A DNA stretch of 64,000 nt from Gordius albopunctatus (taxonomy: Eukaryota), in NCBI GenBank assembly GCA_964276515.1, contig OZ193910.1, positions 7,688,001 to 7,752,000 on the forward strand, in the 5' to 3' direction. The notes under the pieces are model-generated. The model worked only from the letters and a program-made list of their open reading frames with translations, was not told where the DNA came from and ran no database searches. Shown piece after piece: positions 26,464 to 38,700 of the stretch (its first letter is position 1; every line of letters begins with the position of its first letter). A program made the position numbers and the translations under genes.

Positions 26464-29400
26464 CGAGATTGAGAGAAATTAATATTTTGGTGTTGAGTTT
26501 ATATTGTTTCAATATCGCTTTATAAGCGTGTCTCTAGTTTTAGTGAAACAAGCTCTATGCGATCGTGATTTAGAGTTAATAATTTTTGATGACTGATCAA
26601 AAAAATGTTTTTCAAGGAATTCACCTCTTATACCGAAAATTTTCATGAGAGCTATATGGTTGAACAAAAAAATTGAAAAAATTTTGAGGTCGAAAAAAAT
26701 ATTATTTTTCATATTGTTTCGAAAGGGAGATGAAAAAATCTTTAAAAGTTAGTAAATATTCTTAGCATTTTGTCCTTGTTAGAATCTTGATAGGAATTTT
26801 TCCGTGGGGGGATGTTTTAGATTGAGAGAAATTAAAATTTAGGTGTTGCGTTTATATTGTTTCAATATCGCTTTATAAGCGAGCTCTATGCGATCGTGAT
26901 TTAGTGTTAATAATTTTTGATGACTGATCAAAAAAATGTTTTTCAAGGAATTCACCTCTTATACCGAAAACTTTCATGAGAGCTATATGGTTGAACAAAA
27001 AAATTGAAAAAATTTTGAGGTCGAAAAAATTATTATTTTTCATATTCTTTTGAAAGGGAGATGAAAAAATCTTTAAAAATTAGTAAATATTCGTAGCATT
27101 TTGTCCTTGTTAGAATCTTGATAGGAATATATGCGTGGGGGGATGTTTGAGATTGAGAGAAATTAAAATTTTCGTGTTGAGTTTATATTGTTTCAATATC
27201 GCTTTATAAGCGTGTCTCTAGTTTTAGTGAAACAAGCTCTATGCGATCGTGATTTAGAGTTAATAATTTTTGATGACTGATCAAAAAAATGTTTTTCAAG
27301 GAATTCACCTCTTATACCGAAAATTTTCATGAGAGCTATATGGTTGAACAAAAAAATTGAAAAAATTTTGAGGTCGAAAAAAATATTATTTTTCATATTG
27401 TTTCGAAAGGGAGATGAAAAAATCTTTAAAAGTTAGTAAATATTCTTAGCATTTTGTCCTTGTTAGAATCTTGATAGGAATTTTTGCGTGGGGGGATGTT
27501 TTAGATTGAGAGAAATTAAAATTTAGGTGTTGCGTTTATATTGTTTCAATATCGCTTTATAAGCGAGCTCTATGCGATCGTGATTTAGTGTTAATAATTT
27601 TTGATGACTGATCAAAAAAATGTTTTTCAAGGAATTCACCTCTTATACCGAAAACTTTCATGAGAGCTATATGGTTGAACAAAAAAATTGAAAAAATTTT
27701 GAGGTCGAAAAAAATATTATTTTTCAAATTCTTTCGAAAGGGAGATGAAAAAATCTTTAAAAATTAGTAAATATTCGTAGCATTTTGTCCTTGTTAGAAT
27801 CTTGATAGGAATATATGCGTGGGGGGATGTTTGAGATTGAGAGAAATTAAAATTTTCGTGTTACGTTTATATTGTTTCAATATCGCTTTATAAGCGTGTC
27901 TCTAGTTTTAGTGAAACAAGCTCTATGCGATCGTGATTTAGAGTTAATAATTTTTGATGACTGATCAAAAAAATGTTTTTCAAGGAATTCACCTCTTATA
28001 CCGAAAACTTTCATGAGAGCTATATGGTTGAACAAAAAAATTGAAAAAATTTTGAGGTCGAAAAAATTATTATTTTTCATATTCTTTCGAAAGGGAGATG
28101 AAAAAATCTTTAAAAGTTAGTAAATATTCTTAGCATTTTGTCCTTGTTAGAATCTTGATAGGAATTTATCCTTGGGGGGATGTTTGAGATTGAGAGAAAT
28201 TAAAATTTAGGTGTTGCGTTTATATTGTTTCAATATCGCTTTATAAGCGTGTCTCTAGTTTTAGTGAAACAAGCTCGATGCGATCGTGATTTAGAGTTAA
28301 TAATTTTTGATGACTGATCAAAAAAATGTTTTTCAAGGAATTCATCTCTTATACCGAAAACTTTCATGAGAGCTATATGGTTGAACAAAAAAAATTAAAA
28401 CAATTTTGAGGTCGAAAAAAATATTGTTTTTCATATTCTTTCGAAAGGGAGATGAAAAAATCTTTAAAAGTTATTAAATATTCTTAACATTTTGTCCTTG
28501 TTAGAATCTTGATAGGAATTTTTGCGTGGGGGGATGTTTGAGATTGAGAGAAATTAAAATTTAGGTGTTGCGTTTATATTGTTTCAATATCGCTTTATAA
28601 GCGTGTCTCTAGTTTTAGTGAAACAAGCTCTATGCGATCGTGATTTAGAGTTAATAATTTTTGATGACTGATCAAAAAAATGTTTTTCAAGGAATTCACC
28701 TTTTATACCGAAAACTTTCATGAGAGCTATATGGTTGAACAAAAAAATTGAAAAAATTTTGAGGTCGAAAAAAATATTATTTTTCATATTGTTTCGAAAG
28801 GGAGATGAAAAAATCTTTAAAAGTTAGTAAATATTCTTAGCATTTTGTCCTTGTTAGAATCTTGATAGGAATTTATGCGTGGGGGGATGTTTTAGATTGA
28901 GAGAAATTAAAATTTAGGTGTTGCGTTTATATTGTTTCAATATCGCTTTATAAGCGTGTCTCTAGTTTTAGTGAAACAAGCTCTTTGCGATCGTGATTTA
29001 GAGATAATAATTTTTGACGACTGATCAAAAAAATGTTTTTCAAGGAATTCACCTCTTATACCGAAAATTTTCATGAGAGCTATATGGTTGAACAAAAAAA
29101 TTAAAACAATTTTGAGGTCGAAAAAAATATTATTTTTCATATTGTTTCGAAAGGGAGATGAAAAAATCTTTAAAAGTTATTAAATATTCTTAGCATTTTG
29201 TCCTTGTTAGAATCTTGATAGGAATTTTTGCGTGGGGGGATGTTCGAGATTGAGAGAAATTAATATTTTGGTGTTGAGTTTATATTGTTTCAATATCGCT
29301 TTATAAGCGTGTCTCTAGTTTTAGTGAAACAAGCTCTATGCGATCGTGATTTAGAGTTAATAATTTTTGATGACTGATCAAAAAAATGTTTTTCAAGGAA

Positions 29401-31027
29401 TTCACCTCTTATACCGAAAATTTTCATGAGAGCTATATGGTTGAACAAAAAAATTGAAAAAATTTTGAGGTCGAAAAAAATATTATTTTTCATATTGTTT
29501 CGAAAGGGAGATGAAAAAATCTTTAAAAGTTAGTAAATATTCTTAGCATTTTGTCCTTGTTAGAATCTTGATAGGAATTTTTCCGTGGGGGGATGTTTTA
29601 GATTGAGAGAAATTAAAATTTAGGTGTTGCGTTTATATTGTTTCAATATCGCTTTATAAGCGAGCTCTATGCGATCGTGATTTAGTGTTAATAATTTTTG
29701 ATGACTGATCAAAAAAATGTTTTTCAAGGAATTCACCTCTTATACCGAAAACTTTCATGAGAGCTATATGGTTGAACAAAAAAATTGAAAAAATTTTGAG
29801 GTCGAAAAAATTATTATTTTTCATATTCTTTTGAAAGGGAGATGAAAAAATCTTTAAAAATTAGTAAATATTCGTAGCATTTTGTCCTTGTTAGAATCTT
29901 GATAGGAATATATGCGTGGGGGGATGTTTGAGATTGAGAGAAATTAAAATTTTCGTGTTGAGTTTATATTGTTTCAATATCGCTTTATAAGCGTGTCTCT
30001 AGTTTTAGTGAAACAAGCTCTATGCGATCGTGATTTAGAGTTAATAATTTTTGATGACTGATCAAAAAAATGTTTTTCAAGGAATTCACCTCTTATACCG
30101 AAAATTTTCATGAGAGCTATATGGTTGAACAAAAAAATTGAAAAAATTTTGAGGTCGAAAAAAATATTATTTTTCATATTGTTTCGAAAGGGAGATGAAA
30201 AAATCTTTAAAAGTTAGTAAATATTCTTAGCATTTTGTCCTTGTTAGAATCTTGATAGGAATTTTTGCGTGGGGGGATGTTTTAGATTGAGAGAAATTAA
30301 AATTTAGGTGTTGCGTTTATATTGTTTCAATATCGCTTTATAAGCGAGCTCTATGCGATCGTGATTTAGTGTTAATAATTTTTGATGACTGATCAAAAAA
30401 ATGTTTTTCAAGGAATTCACCTCTTATACCGAAAACTTTCATGAGAGCTATATGGTTGAACAAAAAAATTGAAAAAATTTTGAGGTCGAAAAAAATATTA
30501 TTTTTCAAATTCTTTCGAAAGGGAGATGAAAAAATCTTTAAAAATTAGTAAATATTCGTAGCATTTTGTCCTTGTTAGAATCTTGATAGGAATATATGCG
30601 TGGGGGGATGTTTGAGATTGAGAGAAATTAAAATTTTCGTGTTACGTTTATATTGTTTCAATATCGCTTTATAAGCGTGTCTCTAGTTTTAGTGAAACAA
30701 GCTCTATGCGATCGTGATTTAGAGTTAATAATTTTTGATGACTGATCAAAAAAATGTTTTTCAAGGAATTCACCTCTTATACCGAAAACTTTCATGAGAG
30801 CTATATGGTTGAACAAAAAAATTGAAAAAATTTTGAGGTCGAAAAAATTATTATTTTTCATATTCTTTCGAAAGGGAGATGAAAAAATCTTTAAAAGTTA
30901 GTAAATATTCTTAGCATTTTGTCCTTGTTAGAATCTTGATAGGAATTTATCCTTGGGGGGATGTTTGAGATTGAGAGAAATTAAAATTTAGGTGTTGCGT
31001 TTATATTGTTTCAATATCGCTTTATAA
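25500..31027. repeat. Near-perfect tandem duplication with a 2781-bp period (8 monomers, two of them 22-bp-deleted)
   Basis: Five ORF pairs offset by 2781 (25803/28584 to 27877/30658). Private TTCCGTGGG at ~26800 and ~29581. Confidence 0.9.
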
Positions 31028-32873
31028 TCGAGCTCTATGCGATCGTGATTTAGAGTTAATAATTTTTGATGACTGATCAAAAAAATGTTTTTCAAGGAAT
31101 TCATCTCTTATACCGAAAACTTTCATGAGAGCTATATGGTTGAACAAAAAAATTGAAAAAATTTTGAGGTCGAAAAAATAATATTTTTCATATTTTTTCG
31201 AAAGGGAGATGAAAAAATCTTTAAAAGTTAGTAAATATTCTTAGCATTTTGTCCTTGTTTGAATATTGATAGAAATTTATGCGTGGGGGGATGTTTGAGA
31301 TTGAGAGAAATTAAAATTTTCGTGCTGCGTTTATATTGTTTCAATATCGCTTTATAAGCGTGTCTCTAGTTTTAGTGAAACAAGCTCGATGCGATCGTGA
31401 TTTAGAGTTAATAATTTTTGATGACTGATCAAAAAAATGTTTTTCAAGGAATTCACCTCTTATACCGAAAACTTTCATGAGAGCTATATGGTTGAACAAA
31501 AAAATTAAAACAATTTCGAGGTCGAAAAAAATATTATTTTTCATATTCTTTCGAAAGGGAGATGAAAAAATCTTTAAAAGTTAGTAAATATTCTTAGAAT
31601 TTTGTCCTTGTTAGAATCTTGATAGGAATTTTTGCGTTGGCGATGTTTGAGATTGAGAGAAATTAAAATTTTCGTGTGGCGTTTAGATTGATTCAATATC
31701 GCTTTATAAGCGTGTCTCTAGTTTTAGTGAAACAAGCTCTATGCGATCGTGATTTAGAGTTAATAATTTTTGATGACTGATCAAAAAAATGTTTTTCATG
31801 GAATTCATCTCTTATACGGAAAACTTTAATGAGAGCTATATGGTTGAACAAAAAAATTGAAAAAATTTTGAGGTCGAAAAAAATATTATTTTTCATATTC
31901 TTTCGAAAGGGAGATGAAAAAATCTTTAAAAGTTAGTAAATATTCTTAGCATTTTGTCCTTGTTAGAATCTTGATAGAAATTTATGCGTGGGGGGATGTT
32001 TTAGATTGAGAGAAATTAAAATTTAGGTGTTGCGTTTATATTGTTTCAATATCGCTTTATAAGCGTGTCTCTAGTTTTAGTGAAACAAGCTCTATGCGAT
32101 CGTGATTTAGGGTTAATAATTTTTGATGACTGATCAAAAAAATGTTTTTCAAGGAATTCACCTCTTATACCGAAAACTTTCATGAGAGCTATATGGTTGA
32201 ACAAAAAAAATTAAAACAATTTTGAGGTCGAAAAAAATATTATTTTTCATATTGTTTCGAAAGGGAGATGAAAAAATCTTTAAAAGTTATTAAATATTCT
32301 TAGCATTTTGTCCTTGTTAGAATCTTGATAGGAATTTTTGCGTGGGGGGATGTTCGAGATTGAGAGAAATTAAAATTTAGGTGTTGAGTTTATATTGTTT
32401 CAATATCGCTTTATAAGCGTGTCTCTAGTTTTAGTGAAACAAGCTCTATGCGATCGTGATTTAGAGTTAATAATTTTTGATGACTGATCAAAAAAATGTT
32501 TTTCAAGGAATTCACCTCTTATACCGAAAATTTTCATGAGAGCTATATGGTTGAACAAAAAAATTGAAAAAATTTTGAGGTCGAAAAAAATATTATTTTT
32601 CATATTGTTTCGAAAGGGAGATGAAAAAATCTTTAAAAGTTAGTAAATATTCTTAGCATTTTGTCCTTGTTAGAATCTTGATAGGAATTTTTGCGTGGGG
32701 GGATGTTCGAGATTGAGAGAAATTAAAATTTAGGTGTTGAGTTTATATTGTTTCAATATCGCTTTATAAGCGTGTCTCTAGTTTTAGTGAAACAAGCTCT
32801 ATGCGATCGTGATTTAGACTTAATAATTTTTGATGACTGATCAAAAAAATGTTTTTCAAGGAATTCACCTCTT

Positions 32874-35712
32874 ATACCGAAAACTTTCATGAGAGCTATA
32901 TGGTTGAACAAAAAAATTGAAAAAATTTTGAGGTCGAAAAAAATATTATTTTTCAAATTCTTTCGAAAGGATGATGAAAAAATCTTTAAAAGTTAGTAAA
33001 TATTCTTAGCATTTTGTCCTTGTTAGAATCTTGACAGAAATTTATGCGTGGGGGGATGTTTTAGATTGAGAGAAATTAAAATTTAGGTGTTGCGTTTATA
33101 TTGTTTCAATATCGCTTTATAAGCGTGTCTCTAGTTTTAGTGAAACAAGCTCGATGCGATCGTGATTTAGAGTTAATAATTTTTGATGACTGATCAAAAA
33201 AATGTTTTTCAAGCAATTCACCTGTTATACCGAAAACTTTCATGAGAGCTATATGGTTGAACAAAAAAATTGAAAAAATTTTGAGGTCGAAAAAAATATT
33301 ATTTTTCAAATTCTTTCGAAAGGATGATGAAAAAATCTTTAAAAGTTAGTAAATATTCTTAGCATTTTGTCCTTGTTAGAATCTTGACAGAAATTTATGC
33401 GTGGGGGGATGTTTTAGATTGAGAGAAATTAAAATTTAGGTGTTGCGTTTATATTGTTTCAATATCGCTTTATAAGCGTGTCTCTAGTTTTAGTGAAACA
33501 AGCTCTATGCGATCGTGATTTAGAGATAATAATTTTTGACGACTGATCAAAAAAATGTTTTTAAACCGAAAGGGTTGAACAAAAAAATAGAAAAAATTTT
33601 GAGGTCCAAAAAAATTATTATTTTTCATATTCTTTCGAAAGGGAGATGAAAAAATCTTTAAATGTTAGTAAATATTCTTAGCATTTTGTCCTTGTATTGA
33701 TAGTAAATATTCTTAGCATTTTGTCCTTGTTAGAATCTTGAAAGGAATTTATGCGTGGGGGGATGTTTTAGATTGAGAGAAATTAAAATTTAGGTGTTGC
33801 GTTTATATTGTTTCAATATCGCTTTATAATCGAGCTCTATGCGATCGTGATTTAGAGTTAATAATTTTTGATGACTGATCAAAAAAATGTTTTTCAAGGA
33901 ATTCATCTCTTATACCGAAAACTTTCATGAGAGCTATATGGTTGAACAAAAAAATTGAAAAAATTTTGAGGTCGAAAAAATAATATTTTTCATATTTTTT
34001 CGAAAGGGAGATGAAAAAATCTTTAAAAGTTAGTAAATATTCTTAGCATTTTGTCCTTGTTTGAATATTGATAGAAATTTATGCGTGGGGGGATGTTTGA
34101 GATTGAGAGAAATTAAAATTTTCGTGCTGCGTTTATATTGTTTCAATATCGCTTTATAAGCGTGTCTCTAGTTTTAGTGAAACAAGCTCGATGCGATCGT
34201 GATTTAGAGTTAATAATTTTTGATGACTGATCAAAAAAATGTTTTTCAAGGAATTCACCTCTTATACCGAAAACTTTCATGAGAGCTATATGGTTGAACA
34301 AAAAAATTGAAAAAATTTTGAGGTCGAAAAAAATATTATTTTTCAAATTCTTTCGAAAGGGAGATGAAAAAATCTTTAAAAGTTAGTAAATATTCTCAGC
34401 ATTTTGTCCTTTTTAGAATCTTGATAGGAATTTATGCGTGGGGGATGTTTTAGATTGAGAGAAATTAAAATTTTCGTGTTGCGTTTAGATTGATTCAATA
34501 TCGCTTTATAAGCGTGTCTCTAGTTTTAGTGAAACAAGCTCTATGCGATCGTGATTCAGAGTTAATAATTTTTGATGACTGATCAAAAAAATGTTTTTCA
34601 AGGAATTCATCTCTTATACGGAAAACTTTCATGAGAGCTATATGGTTGAACAAAAAAAATTAAAACAATTTCGAGGTCGAAAAAAATATTATTTTTCATA
34701 TTCTTTCGAAAGGGAGATGAAAAAATCTTTAAAAGTTAGTAAATATTCTTAGAATTTTGTCCTTGTTAGAATCTTGATAGGAATTTTTGCGTTGGCGATG
34801 TTTGAGATTGAGAGAAATTAAAATTTTCGTGTGGCGTTTAGATTGATTCAATATCGCTTTATAAGCGTGTCTCTAGTTTTAGTGAAACAAGCTCTATGCG
34901 ATCGTGATTTAGAGTTAATAATTTTTGATGACTGATCAAAAAAATGTTTTTCATGGAATTCATCTCTTATACGGAAAACTTTAATGAGAGCTATATGGTT
35001 GAACAAAAAAATTGAAAAAATTTTGAGGTCGAAAAAAATATTATTTTTCATATTCTTTCGAAAGGGAGATGAAAAAATCTTTAAAAGTTAGTAAATATTC
35101 TTAGCATTTTGTCCTTGTTAGAATCTTGATAGAAATTTATGCGTGGGGGGATGTTTTAGATTGAGAGAAATTAAAATTTAGGTGTTGCGTTTATATTGTT
35201 TCAATATCGCTTTATAAGCGTGTCTCTAGTTTTAGTGAAACAAGCTCTATGCGATCGTGATTTAGGGTTAATAATTTTTGATGACTGATCAAAAAAATGT
35301 TACAAGGAATTCACCTCTTATACCGAAAACTTTCATGAGAGCTATATGGTTGAACAAAAAAAATTAAAACAATTTTGAGGTCGAAAAAAATATTATTTTT
35401 CATATTCTTTCGAAAGGGAGATGAAAAAATCTTTAAAAGTTATTAAATATTCTTAGCATTTTGTCCTTGTTAGAATCTTGATAGGAATTTTTGCGTGGGG
35501 GGATGTTTGAGATTGAGAGAAATTAAAATTTAGGTGTTGCGTTTATATTGTTTCAATATCGCTTTATAAGCGTGTCTCTAGTTTTAGTGAAACAAGCTCT
35601 ATGCGATCGTGATTTAGAGTTAATAATTTTTGATGACTGATCAAAAAAATGTTTTTCAAGGAATTCACCTTTTATACCGAAAACTTTCATGAGAACTATA
35701 TGGTTGAACAAA
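32874..35712. repeat. Long-range copy of ~16085-18925 (offset 16788-16789 bp)
   Basis: ORF pairs 16317/33106, 17354/34143 and 18060/34848. The private ATGTTACAAGG variant was seen only at ~18509 and ~35297. Confidence 0.88.
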
Positions 35713-38700
35713 AAAAATTAAAACAATTTCGAGGTCGAAAAAAATATTATTTTTCATATTCTTTCGAAAGGGAGATGAAAAAATCTTTAAAAGTTAGTAA
35801 ATATTCTTAGAATTTTGTCCTTGTTAGAATCTTGATAGGAATTTTTGCGTTGGCGATGTTTGAGATTGAGAGAAATTAAAATTTTCTTGTGGCGTTTAGA
35901 TTGATTCAATATCGCTTTATAAGCGTGTCTCTAGTTTTAGTGAAACAAGCTCTATGCGATCGTGATTTAGAGTTAATAATTTTTGATGACTGATCAAAAA
36001 AATGTTTTTCAAGGAATTCATCTCTTATACCGAAAACTTTCATGAGAGCTATATGGTTGAACAAAAAAAATTAAAACAATTTTGAGGTCGAAAAAAATAT
36101 TGTTTTTCATATTCTTTCGAAAGGGAGATGAAAAAATCTTTAAAAGTTATTAAATATTCTTAGCATTTTGTCCTTGTTAGAATCTTGATAGGAATTTTTG
36201 CGTGGGGGGATGTTTGAGATTGAGAGAAATTAAAATTTAGGTGTTGCGTTTATATTGTTTCAATATCGCTTTATAAGCGTGTGTCTAGTTTTAGTGAAAC
36301 AAGCTCTATGCGATCGTGATTTAGAGTTAATAATTTTTGATGACTGATCAAAAAAATGTTTTTCAAGGAATTCACCTTTTATACCGAAAACTTTCATGAG
36401 AGCTATATGGTTGAACAAAAAAATTGAAAAAATTTTGAGGTCGAAAAAAATATTATTTTTCATATTGTTTCGAAAGGGAGATGAAAAAATCTTTAAAAGT
36501 TAGTAAATATTCTTAGCATTTTGTCCTTGTTAGAATCTTGATAGGAATTTATGCGTGGGGGGATGTTTGAGATTGAGAGAAATTAAAATTTTCGTGTTGC
36601 GTTTAGATTGATTCAATATCGCTTTATAAGCGTGTCTCTAGTTTTAGTGAAACAAGCTCTATGCGATCGTGATTTAGAGTTAATAATTTTTGATGACTGA
36701 TCAAAAAAATGTTTTTCAAGGAATTCACCTCTTATACCGAAAACTTTCATGAGAGCTATATGGTTGAACAAAAAAATAGAAAAAATTTTGAGGTCGAAAA
36801 AATTATTATTTTTCATATTCTTTTGAAAGGGAGATGAAAAAATCTTTAAAAGTTAGTAAATATTCTTAGCATTTTGTCCTTGTTAGAATCTTGATAGGAA
36901 TTTTTGCGTGGGGGGATGTTTGAGATTGAGAGAAATTAAAATTTTCGTGTTGCGTTTAGATTGATTCAATATCGCTTTATAAGCGTGTCTCTAGTTTTAG
37001 TGAAACAAGCTCTATGCGATCGTGATTTAGAGTTAATAATTTTTGATGAATGATCCAAAAAAATGTTTTTCAAGGAATTCATCTCTTATACCGAAAACTT
37101 TCATGAGAACTATATGGTTGAACAAAAAAATTGAAAAAATTTTGAGGTCGAAAAAAATATTATTTTTCATATTCATTCGAAAAGGAGATGAAAAAATCTT
37201 TAAAAGTTAGTAAATATTCTTAGCATTTTGTCCTTGTTAGAATCTTGATAGGAATTTTTGCGTGGGGGGATGTTTGAGATTGAGAGAAATTAAAATTTTC
37301 GTGTTGCGTTTAGATTGTTTCAATATCGCTTTATAAGCGTGTCTCTAGTTTTAGTGAAACAAACTCTATGCGATCGTGATTCAGAGTTAAAAATTTTTGA
37401 TGACTGATCAAAAAAATGTTTTTCAAGGAATTCACCTCTTATACCGAAAACTTTCATGAGAGCTATATGGTTGAACAAAAAAATTTAAAAAATTTTGAGG
37501 TCGAAAAAAATATTATTTTTCATATTCTTTCGAAAGGGATATGAAAAAATCTTTAAAAGTTAGTAAATATTCTTAGCATTTTGTGCTTGTTAGAATCTTG
37601 ATAGGAATTTTTGCGTGGGGGGATGTTTTAGATTGAGAGAAATTAAAATTTAGGTGTTGCGTTTATATTGTTTCAATATCGCTTTATAAGCGTGTCTCTA
37701 GTTTTAGTTAAACAAGCTCTTTGCGATCGTGATTTAGAGTTAATAATTTTTGATGACTGATCAAAAAAATGTTTTTCAAGGAATTCACCTCTTATACCGA
37801 AAATTTTCATGAGAGCTATATGGTTGAACAAAAAAATTGAAAAAATTTTGAGGTCGAAAAAAATATTATTTTTCATATTGTTTCGAAAGGGAGATGAAAA
37901 AATCTTTAAAAGTTAGTAAATATTCTTAGCATTTTGTCCTTGTTAGAATCTTGATAGGAATTTTTGCGTGGGGGGATGTTTGAGATTGAGAGAAATTAAA
38001 ATTTTCGTGTTGCGTTTAGATTGATTCAATATCGCTTTATAAGCGTGTCTCTAGTTTTAGTGAAACAAGCTCTATGCGATCGTGATTTAGAGTTAATAAT
38101 TTTTGATGACTGATCAAAAAAATGTTTTTCAAGGAATTCACCTCTTATACCGAAAACTTTCATGAGAGCTATATGGTTGAACAAAAAAATATAAAAAATT
38201 TTGAGGTCGAAAAAATTATTATTTTTCATATTCTTTTGAAAGGGAGATGAAAAAATCTTTAAAAGTTAGTAAATATTCTTAGCATTTTGTCCTTGTTAGA
38301 ATCTTGATAGGAATTTATGCGTGGGGGGATGTTTGAGATTGAGAGAAATTAAAATTTTCGTGTTGCGTTTAGATTGATTCAATATCGCTTTATAAGCGTG
38401 TCTCTAGTTTTAGTGAAACAAGCTCTATGCGATCGTGATTTAGAGTTAATAATTTTTGATGACTGATCAAAAAAATGTTTTTCAAGGAATTCACCTCTTA
38501 TACCGAAAATTTTCATGAGAGCTATATGGTTGAACAAAAAAATTGAAAAAATTTTGAGGTCGAAAAAAATATTATTTTTCATATTGTTTCGAAAGGGAGA
38601 TGAAAAAATCTTTAAAAGTTAGTAAATATTCTTAGCATTTTGTCCTTGTTAGAATCTTGATAGGAATTTTTGCGTGGGGGGATGTTTTAGATTGAGAGAA

